Positions 14,201 through 29,600 are shown, counted from the stretch's first letter. The stretch is 64,000 nucleotides of DNA from Phoronis australis (GCA_002633005.1 NMRA01000034.1:266136-330135); one strand, 5' to 3'. The notes: a model not told the origin generated them from the letters alone. Numbers and translations: made by a program.

Positions 14201-17200
14201 ACGTAGTGACATAAATAGCATCTACTTATATGAGCATATTACAAATGGCACTATTATATGCAGATGACATGGTTTTGTGCTCTTTAACAGCGTCTAACTT
14301 ACGACGTATGTTGAATTGTCTCAGTGATTATTGTGCTTCATGGGGTATGGCTGTGAATTTAAAGAAAACAAAAATAATTGTATTTAGAAATGGAGGTCCC
14401 TTAAGACAATATAAGAAATGTATTTTAACAAACAGAAAGTTGGTGCTGTATCTCAATATAAATATTTTGGTGTTTTTATCACACCTAAATTGAGTGTCAT
14501 GGTCGAAAGCGACAAAAACAACACTATGATCTTGTCAAGCAAATAAAGCTGCATCACGTGTTTTGGAACAACAGCGCAGATGTCGCGATATGCTCCCATC
14601 ACTTGCCTTTCAGTTATTTGAAAAACTGGTGTACCCAACATTGTGTTATGGTGCCGAAATTTGGGGTTTTAAAGAATACGAATGTTTAGAAAAAAAACAT
14701 TTAAAAATTTTAAGTGGACCCTGGGACTTGGCGGTTATTGCTCTAACGCTGCAATATTGGGTGAATGTGGCAGATACCCTGGGTTTACGAGATACTTTGT
14801 TAGCTGTATTAAATACTGGTTTAAAAATTGGAATATGCCACAGGAACGTTATCCAAAGGCCGCTTACAACATGTTATACAGACTAGATGAAAATGGTAGA
14901 CATGATTGGGCAAGCTCAGCCCGCAATTTATTGTCAATGTATCGTTTCCATGATGTTTGGGTAAACCAAGGAGTCGCGTGTCAAGAGTCGTTTGTAAATA
15001 TTTTCTCAAAACGGGTTAAAGACTGTGCTTTGCAAAGATGGCAGTCCGATGTTGATTCCAATTCTAAGTTAAACTATTTCGAAAATTTTAAGGTGGTATT
15101 TAAACATGAAAACTATTTAGAAATTGATAATCTTCCAAGAGTGTTCGTGCAAAGTTTTACACGTTTTCGATGTGCAAACCACAGACTGCCAGTAGAAACT
15201 AGTGGTCACTTAATCGTGATATAATCAAGACAAAGTGTGTGCATTATGCTTGAATGAGGAATTGTGTCGAGGATGAATATCACTTTTTGTTAGTTTGCGA
15301 CGCCTTTTCCGAAATCAGAGCTAAGTTTCTAAGTCAGAGCCTCTGGACAAGACCCTCTTTGTTTAAATTCCATAGACTGTTATCTAATCCCGATACCTCA
15401 GTTATGAAATATATACTACGCATCTGAAAAACGGAACAGCTTGTGTATTACTGACTATTGTGCCTAGCAGTCCAATGATCTTGTTTGCTTGTTTGTTGTA
15501 CTTTGGGCCAATGGCCATGTGTACAAATTAATAAAGCAAGAATTTCCCTTACCAACTTAAGGAACAGGCAACCAGTACACGCGGCATTTTCGAAGTTAGC
15601 AAATTTAGGGTAGGCCGACCAAAATAAAGTCTTGAGTCGCTAGTTGTTTCGATGTTTTTATTTGTAATGAAAATGGAATCCTATGACGACAAAAACACAA
15701 AACGTACCGAGAGTGGCGTACATGAAATAACATCCCACGAGACATTATTCCGCGTATCGACCGAAGTCGAGGTCAATACGCGGAATAATGTCGAGTGGGA
15801 TATTACTTCATCTACACCAATCGAGATACGTTTTGTATACGTATGTGCGATACCAACGTACGGATATCTTGGCCGAATTCCGTAGATGCGTGAACCTCGC
15901 GTGTAAATCTTGAGTGCTCGCATGCTTTGCTTGTTATGCATAGCTATATCTCGCCAAGGCTTGGATGATATTGCGATTTCGCGAGTGTATTGCGTCTCAG
16001 GAACGGTCATCGGGACCTCCATCAGTAATGTAAAAAATACCATATGTTTACAGTTATCATGAAATTCATCTGCATTCTTCAAAAGCGCTGTTTCTATCCA
16101 CAGCATTTCAAACATGAAAGATACTTTTTTGTTTCGTATTACTACATGTATACCGGGTGCAAGTTGTTTTAATTGCCTTTAGGGAATTCTAATTCGTCCT
16201 TGCAATACCAACACAAAAGCTCTTGTTACGGTCTGAATATTTGAAAACGCGTCGTTCATTACAAAATGTGCCACCTGATGAGCGAAGCGCCGCAGTTTTC
16301 CATTGTCTATTTTCTTACGCCACCAATCAAGGAGATGGGATGTGGCCACTGATGTTCAGCTTCACATGTACTCATTCATACAGTGTAGTGTCAAGAAACT
16401 ATACAGTGCTTACCGGCTTGACTGAATTCTTTGACTTCGTCTTTCATTTTGATGACAACGAAGTTTCTCCTGTTTGTTGGGAACTCTATCACAGTTCCAG
16501 ACCAGTCACGAACCCCGGGGGCTCCAAGAAGCAGGTATCCACCCGTCTGTTGATAAAAATACAAACGTTACGAGAGATAAACACGTAATCTTAAAAAAGC
16601 AACCAGTTGCATGTCGGCTCGTGCAACACTAATCCGCTAATCTGCATGTACCGTTAATGATTTGTGGAGTTAGACGTCAACGTTGAAAATACGTCCACAT
16701 AACTTTCTAGTGAAAAAGAGGCCCACAGCACATGAACCATACAATCGAGTTACTGTGGACACTATTCGGGTGACATTCCATTAAGACCGGAATTACCTGT
16801 GATACTGATCTTCATTGTTTTACCAATGTTCAATAGCCACCCATGGTCTACCTCAAGTTCATGAAAAGTGGCGTACGAGTTAGACGTAAAGTTGGTCTCT
16901 AGGATCCCAAATAAAGGTTCATTCATCCAATTTTTAGCACATCACAGCCTGGAAATGTCTAAATTTTTTTGTACGGAGCACAAGACCAAATTTCTCTCTT
17001 CTGCGGACTAACCAAATTCACAGTTCTCCTCCAAACTCTCCGTTTCATCTCAGGACACTATTGATTTCTGGTGACACCGGCGAGTCACAATGAGGGAGTC
17101 CATATCCACGAAGTGGTGCTCAGGAATAAAAGTCCTTCTTTTTAACGTTTGAATAGATTGAGAGCAGATGACCATACATCAGCATGAGAGTGTTCGTGTG

Positions 17201-20200
17201 ATAAGGTACCCTCGTAATTTGCCTGAATGTGGGCATTTCTGTGGTAAAACCCTTGCTTCATTTGCGACACCTAGTGAATTTCGTGTTCCTCATCAGGTTC
17301 TGATACTGCCTAGAAATCCGTTTGAAACATTGATGAAAAAATCACTCACCTCGCAAACTTCATGTGTTCTCTTTCTAGTAAACAGTGTTTTGAGTAATAC
17401 CTAAGGATGTTCACTGTACTTTATGATATAATTTAGGAAATGCGCGTTGAGGTTACCACACATGTATTTTTATGTTTTGACTTCATTCTATATTTTCCAG
17501 AAGACGCACAAGGAAACGAACAGTTAAGAGCTAGAGTTACATTATTTGTAACCATTGCCTGAGAATACAACTTAATACAATGCGTTTCAGACGTTCAGTT
17601 GTTACTTACGTTCGTGTAATGAGCAGACATTCCCGCTTGACCATGGGCGAAGTAATAAATACCACCTTTAAGAATTTGTCTGGATGACTGTGTGAGAGGC
17701 TTGAGGTTTGACACTGGTGGGAATGCTAGATTATTGTCCAGCTCAAAACACATGCCGTTCACCAAATAATGGCCTGTGTATCTCTGGTCGGACCACAGAT
17801 GTGCACAAACCTAAGACAGATACGGTAAATAAAAATGATTTGCGTTGGTTTGTTTTGAGTCTTAGATGTGTCATGAAACTATTAACGTTTAACCTCCGTG
17901 GTCTCTGAAGCCGGAGTGACAGTGAAGCAAGTTTCAAACGAATAATTATAAACACGATACAAGATCAATTTGACAAATTTCAAAACCCTTGTTACATGCA
18001 TATGAAAAACTGAAGCTCTGAACCAATCCAAGTGATTAAGACTGAATACTTATACATATGCTGACGATGTTAGTTCTGGGCCAAATTAGCAATAGAAAAC
18101 TCAGCACAATTGCTGTCGGCATTGTGTATTTTCAAATATACATGCCCAGCGTTTCGATGAAATTCACTTCACCATCCTCAAGGAGTATATCAAATCACAA
18201 CAAACATGGTCACAAGTAAAAAGATCAACTGAACCAAAAGTGACTTGTGAAACAGTCACATGCAAAGGTCAAGGCTATCCCCAAACGGCGAGTTCAACCG
18301 ACCCCAGGTTGTCATTCAGCGAAGTCCTAGAATACAACTGCAAGGCTTTCTTTAATAGCCAATCTGAATCTATACCTGAATCTATTTATATCATCGTGAA
18401 GAATTGTACGGCTATGTTTGTTGTGGTTTGATATACTCCATCAGGATGGTGAAATGAATTTCACCGAAACGTTGGGCATGTATATAACGTAGAAAATAAG
18501 TTCGAAACTAAAAGAAGCGATCCAGATCCTCTAAAGAATACACTTATGTGTCGAAAAGAAGAATAAATATATACATGTATATATGTATACATACACACAC
18601 ACACGCGCGCTCGGGCACACACACACACGCACAAACACACACACACACACACACGCACATATGTAAATATATTACAACAGGTTTTGTCCAAGCTTTAAAA
18701 TATATGTACTAGTTCTAGTACTAGTACTACAATCCCAATGCCTGTAGCGAGATGTGAGGCAGTAACTATGACTATCAGTGGCCACAAAATTAATCATCAA
18801 GTTGCCCTCACCAACCATTTTGAGATTTTACTTTGTAGATTTTTTTAGAATACAAGGCTAAGAAGGACTGCTCTAGCTCTTTTACAACTCACCACGACTC
18901 GACCGCCATCTGCCGTAGGTTGGCAATCAAGTGAAATACCTAAATGTTGTTTTTCCTTGCGATTGTGCCAGTAACTTTCGTAATGCCGGTTACCTGAAAG
19001 ATATCGGCATCGGCTGAGCTAGGAGTCACGCTAAACTGGGGAGGCGTTTTTGTCTAGTCGAGCACATAAAGAATTCATATTTCTGAAGTACATTTTAAAC
19101 CTAGCGGGATGTGCTTAACGCTTGTTGTTCTCAGCACGAAATTTTGTCCCACGTGGTCCGTCAATTTCGCCGCCATGTTGGAAGTCAATTTGGAAACTTG
19201 TTGAAAGTCGGATAGGACAAGACAATTTGTAGATCTCAAGGAGTAACAAAGCGACAGTTCTTTCACAATCCTGACGTGGCTTCTACTACTTGACTAAGGA
19301 AATATATTAGACTGCATAACCATAAGTGATCTTAATCAAAATTTGGTTTTGTGATTGAATGCGGATTTTTAGCAGCTTTAACCATAAAAAGCTTTTTGAG
19401 AACCCGGCATTTTTGGGATGCTTAGATTTGGGAGTATGAAAGTCAATAATAGTTTTATTGTATTATATTCGCTAAGTAATTTATGGAAGGGGGTTAGGAT
19501 TGGGCTTTCAGTCGTATGTCGATCGTTCGTTCTGTCATTCAGCTACCATTTTCTACTAAAACGTTGTGGAGATTTTGAAAAAAACGTTCAGTGGATACTC
19601 GGAATAAACAAAAGAGCAGTCACTTCTATTTTGGAAAACATACGTTTTTTAGACATTTCACCTTTTTCGAATTACTGAATTCATCTTTTAGCACATAAAC
19701 CTTTTTCTCCGGAGATCAGATATTTTAAACATACCACTCTTCAACAGATTTCCGTCATTGTTCTCAGTATTGCAGCCTGTTGTTGTAATCGTTACCCATG
19801 TTTCGTACATAGCTCAGTGAGAGCGTGTGTGCGTGCGTTTGTGTAGTAATGCCTCATGGTGTTCTGTTCTATTGCAGTTCTATTCAGGAGTCAGCAAACA
19901 TACTGCGAATTTTAGCGAGTGTACATGAAGTCGTCAACAATGACACATAACATTGTCGCGTATTTAACCAATTTTGCGAGTGTGACGGCTTCCAACTATT
20001 TTGACCTACAAAATCGGATTCATAGTGGTCCTACCTTCATCGTCTACTTTTACTTCTTGGCAGTTACGGCTGCCATTTAGAGAGCACTTTAGCAAAAGAC
20101 CAGTTTGTGCTACAGGGATGTGCGACGAATTTCCTTTTGGAGCTCCAACCAGTAACCTGTTGGAAAATAGAAAAAGGAAATTATTTTGTTTTCGTTGTAC

Positions 20201-20543
20201 TAGACAATAAAATAGGTGCGAGAGAAATCTAGGACCCACCCCTGCATTATTCCTTGCTAGAGAGGGGCCTCTGGAAAAATATAGTAGCTCTAGTGAATTT
20301 CATTGAAATCGGATTCATTTGGAACAGTGACAGACATTTTTCAAAAAAATCTTTACCGGGCCGTAGCTTCGGCATATTTGACGGATTTACGGAAACCTAG
20401 TATAAAGATATATCTCAGCAAAAGATTAACGTCAACTTTCGCCCTGATTTACTGAATTATTCTAGATTTCCTGACGACCATTTGATCCTCAATGGCGGAT
20501 GATAATGACAATAATGATGATGATGACGACGACGACGATGGTA

Positions 20544-20607
<64 letters not shown>

Positions 20608-23600
20608 GGATGGTGATGACGATGGCGATGATGATGTCGATGATGATGGCGATGACGATGTTACCGTTATCAGCGTCGTCGTTGGGGATAATTTCTAGGA
20701 ACGAAGTGCAGGTTTATAGTACTTTTAAAAATTAAGGTCAGATGCAGATGAACGTGAACATGACGTTGCAAATTGCAGTCGGCAAGTTGGCCTACACGCT
20801 TCGCCGTACACGCGTAATTCAAAACGCATGAACATGTCGCATTCATTCAGATTGCTTGAGGAACAGGAAGATTGTGGAAACACGACCTTTGTGCGCCAGT
20901 CTATTTTTGCACAATACCTACTTCACAATCTGGTCCAAAACAGTACTTTGTGAAGTACATAAACATTATCTTGAGTCTCAAGGAGACCCTAGGAGGAAGT
21001 TTGATAGCCGGTTTTGTCTTCCTCTCTTTGTAGGCGAGAAAAATTATTTATAGATCATAGATGTAGATTCAGTCTCAGCGAAGAAACGAACTCGTAGAAC
21101 ATTCAGCACCCTAACATTCCAACTGACAACCATAACTGCTTACGAGTATGATTAGCTTATTCTTTTTTTATTTTATAGCTCTGACCTACGGTGGTTCAAA
21201 GATGATATCACGCGTTTCGCTTTTAATTATCTCAGCACTTCGAGATCCCGACTTAATTACCGCAAGATCTCGAGATCCAGACTTCATTATCTCGGGATCT
21301 CAGGATGTCGAGATCCCGACTTAATTATCTCAGGATCTCGATTCTATCAATACAGTCTGTTTTCAAATGCTCACCGGGCTCAACTAATGAATCGTGATTT
21401 TCATAGCTAATACTCGAAGTAATTTGGATAAAATCCCGTAGTAAACTAAATTGAATACATGGACAGGGGCGTCGAAGGGGGGGGGGGGGGGNGGGCGGAG
21501 GGCCCACAGCCTCGGGCCCGTGCTAGTCAAGATTATCCCAAACCTTATTTAGTGGCCTCCATTCTAACTCGTGTATCAAAAAACTAAGCTTTGTCAACTA
21601 GTAAAATTATATATTTTAGAAAAAAGATCATGGAATATGAAAATACTTTTTGTATTTATGTACCATTATTATTTTTACGTGAAAACCTTTTCAAGTCAAA
21701 ATTTCATTTTCAAGAAAGGTACACTCATAGCAAACTACCCCTCCGTCGATTTTAGTGAAACCTTTTTTAATGAAAACTTCATCAGTTACCTCAATAATGC
21801 TGTTAATAATTTTCGATTTGTCTTTTCGTTTGGTTTCTATGACAAATCAACTCGCAAAACGTAGGGTATTTTGTAAAAAAATAAAGCCTTGTTCGTCTTT
21901 GTTACAATACGAAAAAACAAGGTCTTTATATCGAAAATCCTAATAGCGATAGAGTTTGATGACTAAATATTAAGCCTGGAAACTTTCAGCGAAATCCACC
22001 CAGCCGCTTTCGAGAACTCGTGTTCCTAATTTCAAATAAAGTCGATTTGCCGAAGCCGAGAAAATGCCAATTAATCTGGGACGAGACAAAATCTCAGTCT
22101 TCGGTTAATTATTTGGTGAAAACTTGTATTCGGTACATATAACCTACACAAGCCTTAACTATGTTAGCTATTTCAACATTAAGTCGCAATGTTAACTGAT
22201 TTTGCAGTGCGTAATTACAACTTAATTATCATTAAAACGTACCGTTCCCAGCCAACTGTTACTGTTGTTTGCGACCTACTTTTTACGTAGGTCACAGTTC
22301 ATTGTACACATAACCTGTACACGTCACGTGCTGGGAGACTGATACGAAACCAAGTAAGAAATGGATATAATAAATCGAATCGGTGGTTAAAGCATGCCGT
22401 TAGGATGAGATCGAAACATGGAAATGTCAGTTTGTTAATTGAGTTAAGAAATTAACGTGAGGATATATCTCTTTTCACAACTTGCTGTGTTCATGACCAC
22501 AGAAGCCTGAGGCGACCCGTAGCATTCGTTTTCAACGCCAACGGTCGTATGCATGTAGACGCACAACTCCCTACGTTTTGTTTTCCCAGGCACCATGCTA
22601 TCACCAGTACACCTCGCTGACTCAATGTTATGGCGACTTTGTGAATGGACTGAGGGTACACGAAGCTGTTCTGTACCTGGCGGGAGATTCGATTTGATTG
22701 AAAGCCCTTTAACCTTTGACCTCGGATAAGTAGAAAACAAATATCCGTGCGACAGTGCGGTTCCAAGGTGGTTCTGCTCAATCTTTTTTCTTGGTACGTG
22801 GTATATATTTTCTATTTGAAGTTCCCCGAGACTGAAGATAAGGTATTTTGTTAAACACATGTGAGATACTGTAAAAATGGCCAAATTTTGTGAACAAGGT
22901 TTGAGATATCCTTAAGGGGGACAGTTGACGAAGGAAAAAACAAAAAAAAAAACAGCTCGAGAAAAAACAAAGGTTCCAGAGCTTTGAGCCAGCCAGCCTC
23001 ACTTGGACAAAGATTTGAGTACCACCCAAGCAAAACTGTGGTATTAAAGCTGGCGGTTCTTACTTAAAGTGTACTCCAAGAATAATTTTACGTAAGTGCA
23101 CCTTTTCAATCATACTCCTTAAAACCTCATATTTCTGAGCCATGACAGTTGCACTGGAAATTTTCAACGTTTTACGTAATAAGATACATGACTCACCCTT
23201 CCACGTTTGTAAAAGCACATGCTGTCCTATCTCTTATGAATCCGGGTATACCGTTTTTTATGGTCTCAACGAATAAAGTAAGTGACAATGTTAATAAAAA
23301 ACAACGAGATTTTCAAGGTCATCTACAATCTTGACCCACACAGTTAGTAGAGCTATCAGGAAGCATCATAGCAACAAAACATCAATGTCAACACTTATGG
23401 TTAGAACTTCCCCATGTCAATAGTCCAGTTAACACGATCTGAGGAAAGGACAGAACTTAGATTTATCACGGCATAACAGATTTACGTGTTTGGTGTTTTT
23501 TAAAGATACTGGTGCAAGCCCAGTCTCAATAGGCAAGTGGCACACCACAGGTTGTCATTGCTAGTCTGTAACTGACTGTGTCTGTGTTACATTACTTGTT

Positions 23601-26600
23601 GTTGGGCCTAGCAAGGTGGCCACTATGTTTTTTTTCTTGTGGTGATGGAGTTTCAATAAACAACACCGAAACATGCCAAGCCGGTTTAAATCCGCTGTTT
23701 TTATTAACATACTCTGTCTGCTTAAAACTGCAATACAACAAGTTTTGCTGGCTGAAAAACAAAACTAGAATTATGCCTCTTGCTGTTATAAAATCTTCTT
23801 GATATCCCGAGATGTTAAATAAGGATCTCGAGATCCCGAGATAATTATGTAGGGATCTCGAGATCCCGAGATAATTGAAAAAGCAACGCGCGATGTCATC
23901 TTTGGGCCACCGTATAAATCCGATAGTGTTTATTTAAGTGATAAATCAAATTGCTCACATCGATCGGTTGGTCCAGCTTCACGTTTCTTATTGGTCTCAC
24001 TCAACAAAAATCCTGTTTTTGCTACCGCCAGTGGTATGTGTCGCTCTCTTCGTGGTCCCGGGCATAGCGTTCCTGTCTTTACTAGGTTTTCATTCTTGGC
24101 CACTTTTTATCCAGAAAAGTTACAAGTTTCGCCATGCTTGTACATGCGCAGTGACATCGTTGCCTCCTACACAACGTCTGCCCTCTGCATGGCTGTGCAT
24201 AAGGAACTATGCGATACTGGGAGCAAGCCTATATGTTAGTGAAGGCAAGGGAAGAGGTGAGATAGAAGTGAGAAGGCGTAAGAATGGCTATCCATAGTTC
24301 GAATGGGGCTACTGAAAGTTAGAGAAAGTAAAGCACGTTTTTAGTATCCCAAGTTTTTCTGACCGACAAAACAACGCTCTTGCAAACGAGGCTGCCATCA
24401 GGCTATGGTCTCGGCGACCACTGGCGACGTCCGTAGCCAAACCCCAGGCGACTGCAAACTTGCAAGTAAAGCACCGGGAAAAACGATTGGGAAACGTAGC
24501 GCCAAATTCAAACAGGGAGTTTTGACGTGTTTTTTGGTCGTAGTGGTATACGAGGCCAAGTCCGGGTACACAAGCGTGAGTGCAAATATGCCGTCACTCC
24601 TATTTTCGAGCGGTGATTTTCGCCTTTGTCGAGCGCCGGTGGGCCTGAGTTGTGAATTTGTTAAGGATATGTGTTCACTGTAGACTGTAGAATTGCAGTA
24701 CTTTATGGTGTAATGAAACGTAGACACATGTACTCCAGGATATGTTTCTTCATGTCCTTTTAAATACAACTTCATTGTTTTCTCATAAGTTTAAGTTATC
24801 AGCTGCCTTAGCTGCATTAAAGGAGTACATTTCTCTTTTGATAGCTTCAAGATATATTGAGTTCTGATTGAAGTCATGCTGTGAATTATCTGTCTAACAT
24901 GCAACTTACAGGAGAATGCCACCCGATTTAATTAGTCTTTTTTACCGTCTTAATCGGTCCACATCGCCTCTTATACGGTCGACCCACCTTGCCGAGAGGT
25001 GTCGCGTTAACCTGTGAGGAAGGTGAGAAACAACGCAGCGACGTGTCAGTGGTTCGTCTGCAGAATGAATGCCGCGCTATATTGCGGTGAATCGTTCCCG
25101 CTTGTCCGAAATATGAAGCTGCGAAGAAAGCAGGTATATCATTTTTTCGACTTCCTCGAGAGCCCGAAATGCTTAGGAAGTGGCTCGCGGTAGTGAAGAA
25201 TGAAAGGTACGCTGTTATTAGCAAGTTATGAGGCCATGAAACTTCTCCGTGTATTTGGCCGGTATTTCGTCGACAGTGATTTCTCTGACAAATTCCGGCT
25301 TACCAAAGAACTATCCTTACGTTCCGTTGCCTGTGCATGTTCACGGCGCCTCTCTAGTATTTGTTGATCAGTGTATTCTGGTTCGAACTGATAGCCTGTG
25401 AAACCAAACGATCCGACCCACGAAGTCTTCGTCGGATGAGCTCTTGACTAAGTCGGGGTTGGCGCCGGGCGAGATGCCATGTAGACGTTTATTATTCTGC
25501 GTTCTGTTTCAAAATGAATTATTTTCGTAACCAATGGTTATATAAAACTGAAACAATTAAAGTCGACGTGTCATTAGATGTTATGCCTTAGCAGTATTCG
25601 TGAGTGTAAGTGTTGAGAAGCCAGCAATGAATAAACCAATGCGTTACCGGCTTTCGATGCCGGCAATAAAGGTACATTGACCGGGCACTGAGGCCGTGTG
25701 AGCGCATGCTAATTCAGTGTTTGCTGACAGAAAGCTGTTTTGAAACAATTACTCGATTTTATATGCTATGGTCACATGTTAGGGGAATCTTTATTTAGAA
25801 ATACAAATACTGTGCAACGGTCTGTGGAAGGGGGACCCGACTTCACGGCCACCGACAAGTAAGTAGATTTTCAGTTTCGTGGCTAATTCACATAAATAAT
25901 TAGGTTTACATTATTTCTTTGGCTCACTATTATAGTCTTTTCGTGACTGGAGGTTTTGTTTCCAACTCAAGTTGGTTTATGTTCGTGCCAGTCCCGGCGG
26001 CCGCGACGGGCCTGATCGGGTTCCGAGCAACTGGCCGGGATAACAAGCGTTTTGTGCATTTCAGTAGAACTCATCAAAAAATCACTAGTCTAAACAACAC
26101 ATATCTAGGTTCTCCTGTCTGTATTTCATGGAAGAATAGTTCGAACGTACGGACCTTGGTAAATTGGGCTGCCGAACTTTGTAGGCTACAGTGTGTCCAA
26201 ATACCAATAAATCCGTAACAGTGAAATAAAACAACGCCGTTTTTATAAGAACTCGGTATATTTTTTAAAAGGGTTTTACGTCGAAGTTTGATGATTTATT
26301 GGTGTTAAACGATGAATTCAAGCGATAAGCTGACACCAGTAACCCGTGTTGTGAACTGCTGAACAGACTGCGTATGAAACCAATGACGTCATTGGATAAC
26401 TTCAACACCTCCGTCTGCCGTCAGGTGTCAGGTAACGCAACCGAACGTGCCGTTATCGAGTAGAACTACTCGATCTAAATTGATACAAAATAGGTTGTTT
26501 TTTGGGTGGCATTCTTCTTTAACACAGATTGTCTTACAAAAAGATTTACAGATCTCGATTTTTGCAGTTTGGTGACAATGCACACATCCTGAATGGAACA

Positions 26601-29600
26601 ATCCTTTTGTTAAATTCCCTTGTTTGACGTCGTTTGAATAAGAAAAAAAAAACATGCAAACAGTGTCTGCTAAAATGCAAGGAAAGTAATATCTTTTAAA
26701 TAAACTACAGTTTTCCCTCAGCGGGAAGTGGACATTACCTATTTCACCGTTGTCTTCATTTGTGCACTTGTTCTAGCTTGAGTCAGGCCATGTATGTACA
26801 AATATAGCAGTAGCGTGGCTCATGAGAAATGCCACGAAAGATTTCAATTCGTTGACGATGTAAGTAAAGCGTTCACGAGCTTAAAACCACCAATTTCATA
26901 TCAAAACATCAAAACCAATACCGCCAGTCGATTAGCTGTGAATTAAGAACACCTGCAAACAGTACCTGAAGATATGTTTAATAAGCTGATCTCGAGTTAC
27001 GAGCATTTATTTGTATCAGAATGAATATTGATTAAGCAATTAGTAAGAATAGATCCATTTTAAGTTGCCCAAAATTTGTGCATATGTACTTTAAAATCAT
27101 GGGGTCAAACTTGTTGACATATACTTTAACGTCAAAATCTATTTTTACGAGTTTGGGGTCAAAGTACTCTAGAGATTCTAGAAATTTCTGAGAACAAATG
27201 GTAACAGCCAATGATATGATTAGATAAGATCATGTGGTTTTTATTAGCCAATCAGTAAATAAGTAGAATAGTATAATATGGGCTAAAACCAAGAAGATAT
27301 TCAAATGCGCTATAGTAGTTGAAGCATAAAGACTTGCTACAGTGTACTGGCAATTGTACAACAGAGCCATCTCGTCAGTGGAAGATTCTAGAGAGAATCT
27401 TGGCAAGGGCAAGGGTTAACGAACAGGAAGTTAACTAAGAGATTGTCACTTGCATCGTGGGTAGTAAGATACTTCTTGAAGTGATGCGTCACCAGAGACT
27501 GTGACCAGCAAGTACACTGTCGCAATACAGTGTGTGTAGTTCGAAGATTCACCAACAGGACTGTCATCCAACAACTGGAGCGTCCTAGCTTGGATAGCAG
27601 ATAAGACTTTTGATTATTTTGATTGATTGATTCAAGTGCTAGCGTAGTTTCTGTTCTTTGTAGTTGATTACTTAATTAACAACAGGTTTCACTTGTTTAA
27701 TTAGTGGTTATCATATAATAAATTAATTACTGGATTTAATTATTCTCTCTCCCTCTACGCACAATCTCAAAGCATAACTAGCTTTTAAACAAACCCCCAG
27801 TGAAGCTCTGACAGTTTGTCGATACATACTACGTAGAAGCGAGATAACCAATCAAAACATCAATCACTCATCCAATTTGCTTAGTGTGAAAATTCGTGTT
27901 CCCGTGGTTTATGGTATAAGAAAGAATGGCGAGGCGTTGCGATTGTGGTGGCTGTGTCAACTCAGTATTTGATCACGCTGTGGGTCTTTTCATCTTCCCA
28001 CAAGACATCAGAGAACTGCAGATATGGCACAAGTATGTACAAGGAATTTGCGTGTTGGTGGACACGACGCACTGGCGCTGGACAAGTTCGTACGTCATAC
28101 TCATGTCCCCAGAGCTAAGAAAATTTCAGTTGAAGAAGCTTTTCTTCTTATCACTTATTTTTTGAGATATTAAATTCACGGTTGTGATGTACAATGCCGT
28201 AAAGGAAGGCTTCATGATGTTGAATATGTAATCACTTGTCAAAACAAGGTAAACGGTAATTTTAATGTTATCTCAAACCCTATTTAGTAGCCTCCATTCC
28301 AACTCGTATATCAAAAAACTAAGCTCTGTCAACCAGTGAAAGTATATATTTTCTGAAAGAAAAAAGATCAGAAAATTTGTTTCGTTTATGTACCATTATT
28401 ATTATTACGTAAACACCTAAATTTCATTTTTTAAATAAAATATTCACCATTTACCTCAAAAGCGCTGTTGGGAATTTTCGATTAGTCTTTTCGTCTGGCT
28501 TCAATGAAAAATCAACTCGCAAATATTGCGGTATTTTTGTAAAAAATAGAAGTCGTATTTGTCTTTGTTACTTTACACAAAAACTAAACCTTTATCTCAA
28601 AAATCCTAACAGTCTTTTTGAGATTGATGAATAAATATTAAGTTTGGAAATTTTCAGCGAAATCCACCCAGCCGCTTTCGAGAACTCGTGTTTCTAAATT
28701 CAAATAATGTCGATTTGCCGAAGCAGAGAAAATGGCGATTAAACTTTGTTCAATGTAACCTACATGTACATGTATGTATGTCTTAACCATGTTAGCTATT
28801 TCAACATTCACTCGCAATGTCAACTGAATTTGCAGTGCGTAATTAACTTGATTATCATTAAACGTACCTCCCCCAGCCACGACGTGGGATCAACTATTGC
28901 TGTTGTTTGACCTACTTAAAAGTAGGTCAATTAATTGTTATACATATTGTCTGTACGCGTCACGTGCCGGGAGACTGAAGCGAAACCAAGCAAGAAATGG
29001 ATAACAAAAATCGAGTCAGTGGTTAAAGCATGTCGTTAGCATCAGATCCAAACAGCGAAGTGTCAATTTACTTATTGAATTAAGGAAATTGGATGAAGAT
29101 TTATCTCTTTTTACAACTTGCTGTGTTCATAACCATAGAGGCGTGAGGCGACTAGTAGCATTCGTTCTCAACGGTCGTGTGCATGTAGACGCACAACTCC
29201 CCAGGATCAAAACTATGTTTTGTTTTTGTTTACCCCTGCACCCTTCTGTAATAAGTACACCACGTTGACTCAATATTATGGCGACCCTGTGAATAAGGAC
29301 TGAGGGTACACACGAAGCTGCTCTGTACCTGGCGGGAGATTCGATTTGAGTGACAGACCTGTAACCTTTGACCACGGTTAAGTTGTAAACAAATATTCAC
29401 GCGGTTGTGCGGTTAAAAGGTGGTTCTGCTAAATCTTTTTTCTCGCTACACGGTATACATTTTGTATTTGAAGTTCCCCGAGAATCAAGATAAGGTATTT
29501 TACTAGACACGAGTGAAATATTGTAAAAATCGTCATTTTTTGTGAATAAGGTTTGAGATAACCTTAAGCACCAAGTTGTTCGATTGTAATACCTTAAAAG

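Noticed and set aside
20492-20735. Poly-Asp and poly-Met ORFs (also the Asp-rich ORF at 76-279)
   Set aside because: These are translations of GAT/CAT microsatellites in introns.
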